This document shows, piece by piece, positions 9,233-17,939 of a stretch of DNA of 64,000 bases (the stretch's first letter is position 1; each line of letters begins with the position of its first letter). This DNA is from Alphaproteobacteria bacterium. Lineage in GTDB: Bacteria; Pseudomonadota; Alphaproteobacteria; Rickettsiales; SXRF01. The translations under genes and the position numbers were made by a program. The DNA is taken from assembly GCA_025362975.1 (NCBI GenBank), contig JANYES010000004.1, positions 78,390 to 142,389 of the forward strand, given 5' to 3'. The notes beneath the pieces are model-generated. The model was not told the DNA's origin, made no database searches, and saw only the letters and a program-made list of their open reading frames with translations.

Positions 9233-10066
9233 TTACCGGTTAGAATAGACCAGCCGCGCGATTCTTCTCAGGAAAATGTTCAACACCGCGTGCGCGAACG
9301 ATAATCCGCTCACAATACCGTTGCGTTTGATCTTGGCGTTCAAATTCACCGCCCGGCAAGGCACCTGTTTGCACGTAAATTCCCGCGCCAGCAACTGGCA
9401 CAGCAAATCCATCTGGAACGCCCGCCCCAGCACGTCCGAGTGCCAACGCATCACGTTATACCGCAAATGCACATGCGTCGACGTATAGCAATTAATCCGG
9501 TTCCCCGACACGATGTTGACCAGCCCGTTAAAGAACCGCCCCCCGAACGTCATCAACGCCCCCTGCCGCAACCGCGCGATATAATACGGCACGATAATAT
9601 CCGCATCCCCAATCGCCCGGAACACATCCACGCTCGTTTCCACCGGCTCGAAATTCTTCCCGCGCACTAGCCGGTAATACGTTCCGCAGCCGATAAACGC
9701 GCCGTCATAATAATTCTGCGCCAGCCCTTTGCGCGTTTTATTCACCCGCATGATGATGTTCAAATCGTCATGCATCGCCATAAAATTGCGCACCTGCTCC
9801 GCCGAATGGTCCTTGGACGCGTCATCAATCACCAGAATTTCGTAGCTATTCCCTACGACGTCCATCGCCTCGACAACCGCTTCCAGCGTCGGCACAATCG
9901 TGTCCTGCTCGTTATAGCACGAAACAAAAATCGTGATATCCAACGGATTCGCCGAATAAGGCGTCGCGATATGCGCCACCGAATGCAGCGACTGTGCCGT
10001 GTTGGTCATGCTGACCGCGCCTTCCCAGAATTCCCGCCCCTCGGTATTGATTGTCGCCGCGCTCAT
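9233..10066 (-). CDS. Family 2 glycosyltransferase
   Basis: IFVSCYNEQDTIVPTLEAV...YEILVIDDASKDHS is a typical GT-A/GT2 N-terminal signature. Confidence 0.8.
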   Translation of the reverse strand: MSAATINTEGREFWEGAVSMTNTAQSLHSVAHIATPYSANPLDITIFVSCYNEQDTIVPTLEAVVEAMDVVGNSYEILVIDDASKDHSAEQVRNFMAMHDDLNIIMRVNKTRKGLAQNYYDGAFIGCGTYYRLVRGKNFEPVETSVDVFRAIGDADIIVPYYIARLRQGALMTFGGRFFNGLVNIVSGNRINCYTSTHVHLRYNVMRWHSDVLGRAFQMDLLCQLLAREFTCKQVPCRAVNLNAKIKRNGIVSGLSFAHAVLNIFLRRIARLVYSNR

Positions 10067-11058
10067 GACGCGTTACTCATGCTGGCGTGATCTGGTGCCT
10101 CCGAATGCCTGCGATACAGCAGCCAAAGCACGCTCGCTGGCAGGCTGATGCCGATAATAATCATCCCCAGTTGAATCGATAGCATAAGCGCCTGCGCCTG
10201 CGGAACGCCGATAAGGCCGAGCATGCCGATAACCCCTGCTTCCCTGATTCCCCAGCCGCCGATTGAGATGGGCATTGTTGTTGCTAGAACGACAGGCGGC
10301 AGCATAGTTATACACTGGAATAGCGTAATATTGATATGAAAACTTTGCGCCAGGAAGTACCCGCCGATGCAGTAAAAACTATGCGTTATGATCGCAACTA
10401 AAAACGACCGGATCGAAGCCGACCGGCGTTTCAGCATCAGTCTTAAACTATCAAGGAAATACAGCACCCAGTTCACCACCCGGAAATGCTTATACCTCCC
10501 GATCATCTTCTCAATGTTATACACCGTGTAAAGTCCACCCACCGCCAGCACCGCCACCCCCGCAAACACCAGATACGGGTCAAACCCCAGCAGCCCCGCC
10601 AACACCGGCAAACAGAACAAAATAATCGTGCAAAGCGCCAGCAGCGCGATCAACCGGTCGATAATCACCGAATGGATGGCCAGATTCATCGCCACCCCTT
10701 CCGATTTCGTAAGCCACACCCGCACCACATCGCCCCCCACCGTCCCCGGCAGGCAGCACGTAAAAAAGATGCTGATATAATAAATTTTCATCGCCCGCAG
10801 ATGCGTCAATAACGACACCCCCGTCCCCGAAATTGCATTAAGGATATAGCGCCAGCGCAGCGCCCCCACTATCATCTGCAACGCCATGAAACACACGGCC
10901 ACCGCCAGCAACTCATGGTTCTGCCTATGCAGCATATCGCCCAGCTTTTCAAAATCGATGCCGCGAAACACGAACCAGAACGCCAGCAGCGTCAACCCAC
11001 CCTTGACCGCAAGCTTGAACAGCGCGGACTGGCGCAGATGTGTTACAAAATTTCCCAT
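10063..11058 (-). CDS. Flippase-like membrane protein (UPF0104 / lysyl-PG synthase TM-region family)
   Basis: Polytopic membrane protein. N-terminal pattern ...FVFRGIDFEKLGDMLHRQNHELLAVAV...GALRWRYIL is typical of this family. Translationally coupled to the GT2 gene (4-nt overlap). Confidence 0.65.
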   Translation of the reverse strand: MGNFVTHLRQSALFKLAVKGGLTLLAFWFVFRGIDFEKLGDMLHRQNHELLAVAVCFMALQMIVGALRWRYILNAISGTGVSLLTHLRAMKIYYISIFFTCCLPGTVGGDVVRVWLTKSEGVAMNLAIHSVIIDRLIALLALCTIILFCLPVLAGLLGFDPYLVFAGVAVLAVGGLYTVYNIEKMIGRYKHFRVVNWVLYFLDSLRLMLKRRSASIRSFLVAIITHSFYCIGGYFLAQSFHINITLFQCITMLPPVVLATTMPISIGGWGIREAGVIGMLGLIGVPQAQALMLSIQLGMIIIGISLPASVLWLLYRRHSEAPDHASMSNAS

Positions 11059-11130
11059 TGAGTATGCGTGCTATTCCCGGATTTTCTGGCTACCACTTCT
11101 GGCGTAAACACTGCGTAATGTCTAGCTTTT

Positions 11131-11979
11131 TTACTTGTTATTAAGCAGTGCCAGCAGATGCGGCTGCAACAGCCTGAGCTGCGCGATCACCGCCACCGTC
11201 GAGTTAACCCGCAGCTTAGCGGTCGCAAAATTCGTCGATTCCGCCACAATATCCGTATCCACCAGCGCGCTATGCGCCTCCTGCACGCCCGTAATTGAGC
11301 GTTGAATGCTTTGCGCCGCAAAATCAAAGCTATTCTGGTTCCCGGTCACCCCGCTCACCGTCGTCTGCAAAATAGTCCGCGCCGCGTTGATGCTATTTTC
11401 CGCTGCGATCGCCCCCGGCCCCGTAGTAATATCCGGCGTAGTTCCGTTAAACAGTGCTGCCTTGCGCGTGTTCGGAATCGCCAGCCGAACCGACCCTAAA
11501 TTCTCGCCGTTATTGCCCTTCCCCAGCACAATCGTCGTGCCGTTAGCCAGCGTGCCGTCCAGTAAATTGATATGATTGAAACTCGTCGTCGTCGCGATTT
11601 TATCGATTTGCCCAAGCGTTTGAATGAACTGCTGTTGCAAAAACTGCTTCTGCTGATACGTCACCCCGCCCTGCGATTGAACGGCGAAAAACTGCAATTT
11701 ATCCAGCAAGCTATTGATTTCACCCAGCCCGCCCTGCGCCACTTCCAGCAAGCTAGACCCCAGCGCCAGATTTGACGACGATTGCTTCAACCCCGTAATC
11801 TGCGAATCCAGCCCCGCCGCCACCGAAGCCGCCGCCACGTCGTCGCTGATCTGCACAATCCGGTTCCCGCTGCTCAACCGGTTTGCCGAATCCGCAAGCG
11901 CCTTAGACGCCTGCTCCAGCAGCACGTTAGGATAGGTGTAATACGCAGGGCTACCAGGCAGCGCCGAGATTCCAGCCAT
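11131..11979 (-). CDS. Short flagellin-family protein (D0/D1 only)
   Basis: N-terminal RLSSGNRIVQISDDVAAASVAAGL...QGGLGEINSLLDKLQ and C-terminal DTDIVAESTNFATAKL...LLALL match flagellin N and C domains. At 282 aa there is no variable domain. FlgL-like cannot be excluded. Confidence 0.7.
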   Translation of the reverse strand: MAGISALPGSPAYYTYPNVLLEQASKALADSANRLSSGNRIVQISDDVAAASVAAGLDSQITGLKQSSSNLALGSSLLEVAQGGLGEINSLLDKLQFFAVQSQGGVTYQQKQFLQQQFIQTLGQIDKIATTTSFNHINLLDGTLANGTTIVLGKGNNGENLGSVRLAIPNTRKAALFNGTTPDITTGPGAIAAENSINAARTILQTTVSGVTGNQNSFDFAAQSIQRSITGVQEAHSALVDTDIVAESTNFATAKLRVNSTVAVIAQLRLLQPHLLALLNNK

Positions 11980-12210
11980 GAAAACAGTCCGTTTCAGCCG
12001 GGCACCCCTATACGTTGGGAATTTCCTGACACTTCACAAGGCCCATCTACGTGATGAAACCGGACTAAGAAGCTATATTATATCAAATTCCAGTTAACAA
12101 TGGAATAATTCCGGTAACGCAATAAATAGGCAGGAAATACAACCCATTGCAAAGAGCCAGCACCATCTGTAACGCCCCAGACTCTCACTCGTCATACCCC
12201 AAAACTCTCC

Positions 12211-12344
12211 CCGTCATCCCCGCATAGGCGGACGATTTTATATCGCGGCGAAGCCAACTCCAATGTGGAGCGCGTCTGCGCGGGAAAAGCTTTTTCGCTG
12301 CTCCCACAGCTATGGATTGGATACCCGCCTACGCGGGTATGACG
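12211..12344. repeat. TIR-bounded palindromic intergenic element, copy 2 (with extra flanking hairpins)
   Basis: CGTCATCCCCGCATAGGCGG...AATGTGGAGCGCGTCTGCGCGGGAAAAG...GCTATGGATTGGATACCCGCCTACGCGGGTATGACGG. It is flanked by a half-site (CGTCATACCCC, 12189) and the hairpin CCCCGTC-GCAT-GACGGGG (12353-12370). Confidence 0.7.
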
Positions 12345-12402
12345 GGATAGTCACCCCGTCGCATGACGGGGTCGCCCACACACTCAAATCTCCGAAAAAT
12401 CC

Positions 12403-13149
12403 TTAAGCGCCTTCTAACTCCAGCGCGCCCGCCCGCACCTGTTCCGGCAAATACGCCGTCAGGTCCACGCAGCTGAGATACATCTTAATCCCCTCATACT
12501 CCTCACGGTCCGGCAGCTCAATATCGCGCCTCGTCGTCAGATTATACCCCAGCGCATTAATCACCCTGCGATGCGTGCGCGTCATCGTCAGCGGCGAAAT
12601 AAAGAACCCGTAGCTGCATTCTTTCTCAATCGACAGCTTAATCAACCGCCCGATCAACTCCATCGGCACATTGTTCTTATTAAACTCCGAAAGCACAGCA
12701 ATCCGCGTCACCTCATAATAATTGCAACGGTCCAGCATCAGTTCCGGCAGCGCCTCCACCAGCGAAAATCCGTCCGCTTCCAGCGGCAGCAACTGGCGTT
12801 CCTGCTCCGTCGAAAACGTCGCGCGCCCACCGCCTACGCACTGCAAACCCTGCCGCGCAATAATAATTTCGCTGATATCGTCCACTACGTCTTTCGACGC
12901 ATGGAAATTCTCCAGCGACCATATTTTTTTGAACATCTCCTCACGCAACAGGCAATACTGGTGCAACAGCGCCTCATCATGCGTAAATTCGTAGGTGATT
13001 TTCGATTGTTCCTTTGGAATCCTCGCCATCCGACGCGATAAATCGGAACAAGCCACGTAATCATCGATATAGGAAAACGCCATCGACGCCTCATTGTTAC
13101 GCGCGTTCGTTTCGGCAAGGCTATTGTCTTCGTTTAGGCGAGTCGTCAT
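12403..13149 (-). CDS. GNAT-fold N-acyltransferase-like protein (LuxI / FeeM N-acyl amino acid synthase-like)
   Basis: 248 aa. HQYCLLREEMFKKIW...(D/E-rich)...EIIIARQGLQCVGGGRATF...YYEVTRIAVLSEF resembles autoinducer-synthase-like acyltransferases. The assignment is from pattern memory only. Confidence 0.4.
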   Translation of the reverse strand: MTTRLNEDNSLAETNARNNEASMAFSYIDDYVACSDLSRRMARIPKEQSKITYEFTHDEALLHQYCLLREEMFKKIWSLENFHASKDVVDDISEIIIARQGLQCVGGGRATFSTEQERQLLPLEADGFSLVEALPELMLDRCNYYEVTRIAVLSEFNKNNVPMELIGRLIKLSIEKECSYGFFISPLTMTRTHRRVINALGYNLTTRRDIELPDREEYEGIKMYLSCVDLTAYLPEQVRAGALELEGA

Positions 13150-13551
13150 TACTTATTCTCCGGTTTCTTTCACTTCCCAAATGCTCCGGACTTGCTGTCC
13201 GTTGGCATTCCCCTCGGTCTTAATTGGGTAGGCAAAACTCAAAAGTTAAAATACAGTAAACGTCTTACTGCTTAGGCGACAAATTCAATAAGTATATTTA
13301 TGCCAGTTGGCGATAGTTTTCTTCGGGTTTCCTTGATTTTCTATTTGTAGTAATAATTAATTTAATTTAAGCTAACACTAGATTCCTCACTGGAAAGCTA
13401 GGAATTTTTTACCTACTTCTTAATGACACCATACTATACACACTTTAATAAAACAACCCAGTTTAAAGAATCCCGCCAAAATCCACTACTTGCGCCTTTT
13501 TGACAACTGCCCTATCACTATTTCTTATATTTAACCAAAGGATATCATTAC

Positions 13552-15387
<1,836 letters not shown>

Positions 15388-15389
15388 AA

Positions 15390-15770
15390 ATGAAATACGG
15401 CAGCGCCCTCGCGCTTCTATGCTGCCTGACATCGCAAGCCTACGCCGAAAGCGCCGCCATAAAAGCAGCAACAGTTCGCGAATGGTGCAAAGGCATCGAG
15501 GAAGCCGTCATGGGCGACGACGGCAAGCTAGTCGTTAACCGCGACAAATACCCTGCCAGCGATTTATGCAACGGCATCTTCCTAACCCTCCAGCAAGCCA
15601 CCACACCGCCAGCGTCCCTCATCAACAGCTGCCCACCTGCCAAAACCGCACTGGTAGAATTCGTCAAAGTCTACGCGCAATACGTCGACGCCCATCCCGA
15701 CGACGCCAACCGGCGCTTCATAGACATAGCCATCCCCGCCTTCACCACAGCGTGGCCCTGCAAGAACTAA
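15390..15770 (+). CDS. Periplasmic protein with Rap1a/Tai4-like immunity-protein pattern
   Basis: Signal peptide MKYGSALALLCCLTSQAYA. Cys spacing and motifs (REWC..., LCNGIFLTLQQ, SCPPAKTALVEFVKVYAQYVDAHPDD..., ...AWPC at the C-terminus) resemble Rap1a/Tai-family proteins. From memory of the family pattern only. Confidence 0.35.
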   Translation: MKYGSALALLCCLTSQAYAESAAIKAATVREWCKGIEEAVMGDDGKLVVNRDKYPASDLCNGIFLTLQQATTPPASLINSCPPAKTALVEFVKVYAQYVDAHPDDANRRFIDIAIPAFTTAWPCKN

Positions 15771-16547
15771 TCAAATATGGAAATGCGCCTGTAACGCTGG
15801 ATACATCACCGGCAGGATTGTCGCCAACCCAAACGCCACTGTAATCAACGGCGGCTTCGCGCTAAACACTTTCCTCACCGTCCAGTCGATGGCATAAAAT
15901 CCCGCAAACAGCGTAAAGAACAGAAATAACCCCTTATTCCCCACGCACAACGCGCCCACGCTCATCAACCAAGCCTGCATCGGCGGCACAAAAATATGCC
16001 CCACTTTCTTGATCTGCTTGCGCCACAAAATACAGCCCACAAACAACCCGTCGATCCCACCAAGGAAAAACTCATAAATTGTATGGTCCACCAGCGTGCG
16101 CAGCAACATGCCGAACACAATCACCGGCACCAGCAGTTTCACCATCACCGTTTTCTCATTCGCCTCAATCGCCGAAAGCGTAATCAAAAACACGCCCAGA
16201 CACACAATCAGTAAATACTGCTCTCCGAAATTATGCTCAAGGAACGCCAGCACAAACAGCAACCCAACCAGAATCTCCGTCCACGTATGCGACACCGGAA
16301 ACGGCGTCCTGCAATACCTGCACTTATGCCCCAGCATCACCGCCGAAACCACCGGGAATAAATCCCTCACTTCCAGCTCATGCCCGCACGTCCCGCAATA
16401 CGGTTTTTTATCGAGCAGCAACCGCCCGCGCGGCAACCGGTGCACGAGGCTGCACGCATAATTCCCCGCCGCGAATCCCAGTGCAATCGACCAGATAATC
16501 CCGCATAGGATATAGCCAAACTTTATGCCCTCAACCGCGTCAAACAT
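15771..16547 (-). CDS. Prepilin peptidase (A24 family)-like membrane protein
   Basis: N-terminal Cys-box CGTCGHELEVRDLFPVVSAVMLGHKCRYCRTPF is typical of PilD-type peptidases, followed by a polytopic membrane domain. See findings for a possibly altered catalytic motif. Confidence 0.65.
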   Translation of the reverse strand: MFDAVEGIKFGYILCGIIWSIALGFAAGNYACSLVHRLPRGRLLLDKKPYCGTCGHELEVRDLFPVVSAVMLGHKCRYCRTPFPVSHTWTEILVGLLFVLAFLEHNFGEQYLLIVCLGVFLITLSAIEANEKTVMVKLLVPVIVFGMLLRTLVDHTIYEFFLGGIDGLFVGCILWRKQIKKVGHIFVPPMQAWLMSVGALCVGNKGLFLFFTLFAGFYAIDWTVRKVFSAKPPLITVAFGLATILPVMYPALQAHFHI

Positions 16548-16652
16548 GCAAAACTCCAGAAACTTTGATACCCTATTGTATGTAGCCTATATTTCTTAAT
16601 AAATCCATTATATACCTCTACAATATAATAACCGCCGCCCGGATTGCCACCC

Positions 16653-17816
16653 ATGCGCTTTCTTGTCCTGATATTGTTGCTAACCGCCTGCACCTCCGCT
16701 TACGTCCATACGAAAGGCCCGGTCCTCGTCGCCAACGGCCAACCCTTGCAAATCCGCGGCATCAACCTCGCCAACTGGCTCGTACCCGAAGGCTACATGC
16801 TGGGCCTGAAAAACGAAGGCCCCCGCCAGATCGAATCCCTCATCACCGAACTCGCCGGCCCCACCGACGCCATCGATTTCTGGCGTCAATACCGCGACAG
16901 CTACATCACCGAAGCCGACATCAGATTCATCCACGATTCCGGCTTCAATGCCATCCGCGTCCCCCTCCACTACAAGTTTTTCGAAACCGACGACGCCGAA
17001 GGCTTCCGCCTCCTCGACCGCCTCACCGCATGGGCCGCTAAATACAACCTCTACGTCATCCCCGACCTCCACTGCGCCCCCGGCGGCCAGACTGGCAGCA
17101 ACATCGACGACAGCTACGGCTACCAGTGGCTCTTCGCCTCCGAGCCCTCCCAGCGCGCCACCATTGCCCTATGGAAACGCATCGCCACCCACTACCGCAA
17201 CAACCCAACCATTCTGGGCTACGACCTCCTCAACGAACCTATTCCCTCCTTCCCGCCACTCACGCTTTACAACCCCCAACTAGAACCCCTCTACCAACAA
17301 ATCACCACCGCCATCCGCGAAACCGACACGCACCACATCATCATTCTGGGCGGCGCCCAGTGGAATTCCAATTTCGACGTCTTCGCCCCCCCCTTCGACG
17401 CGAACACTATGTACACCTTCCACTACTACTGGAAACCCCCAACCCAAGCCGCCATGCAACCCTACCTATCTTTCCGCGCCCGCCACAAAATCCCTCTCTT
17501 AATGGGCGAATCCGGCGAAAACACCAACGCATGGGTCCAAGACTTCGCCGCCCTCATGGAATCCAACCACATCGGCTGGGCCTACTGGCCCTACAAAAAA
17601 ATGGGCAACGCCGCCGCCGTCACCACTATCGCCCCGCCCATCCACTGGAAAGAAATCACCCGCTTCGCCGCCCGGAAACCCACTACCGACGACAAACGCC
17701 TAACCCAGCGCCCGCCACAGGAACACATCCGAGAAGCGCTGGCTGACCTGCTTGTAAAAATCCGCCTGGAAAATACGCACGTAAATCAGGGCTACTTAAA
17801 AGCGCTTATACACTAG
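16653..17816 (+). CDS. Glycoside hydrolase family 5 (cellulase-type) lipoprotein
   Basis: Lipobox MRFLVLILLLTAC. Catalytic signatures LLNEP (acid/base) and LLMGESGE (nucleophile). The ATG at 16653 is preferred over the tracked TTG at 16644. Confidence 0.8.
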   Translation: MRFLVLILLLTACTSAYVHTKGPVLVANGQPLQIRGINLANWLVPEGYMLGLKNEGPRQIESLITELAGPTDAIDFWRQYRDSYITEADIRFIHDSGFNAIRVPLHYKFFETDDAEGFRLLDRLTAWAAKYNLYVIPDLHCAPGGQTGSNIDDSYGYQWLFASEPSQRATIALWKRIATHYRNNPTILGYDLLNEPIPSFPPLTLYNPQLEPLYQQITTAIRETDTHHIIILGGAQWNSNFDVFAPPFDANTMYTFHYYWKPPTQAAMQPYLSFRARHKIPLLMGESGENTNAWVQDFAALMESNHIGWAYWPYKKMGNAAAVTTIAPPIHWKEITRFAARKPTTDDKRLTQRPPQEHIREALADLLVKIRLENTHVNQGYLKALIH

Positions 17817-17818
17817 TA

Positions 17819-17932
17819 CCGTCATACCCGCGAAGGCGGGAATCCAATGCGAAGGAGCGTCTGCGCCGGGAAAGATTTCTTACGCTGCTACCGCAGCTAC
17901 GGATTGGATTCCCGCCTTCGCGGGTATGACGG
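17819..17932. repeat. TIR-bounded palindromic intergenic element, copy 3 (best-preserved, 114 bp)
   Basis: CCGTCATACCCGCGAAGGCGGGAATCCAATGCG...CGGATTGGATTCCCGCCTTCGCGGGTATGACGG, with roughly 30-bp near-perfect terminal inverted repeats. It fills the gap between convergent stop codons at 17816 and 17940. Confidence 0.85.
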
Positions 17933-17939
17933 TTAGAAC

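Noticed and set aside
12094-12108. CtrA box upstream of flagellin (TTAA-N7-ATAA).
   Set aside because: One half-site deviates from TTAA and the short AT-rich motif is expected by chance in this spacer. It is mentioned only as a lead.
13450-13551. glmS ribozyme upstream of glmS.
   Set aside because: The element is known from Gram-positive lineages, and the AT-rich leader here shows none of its conserved core.
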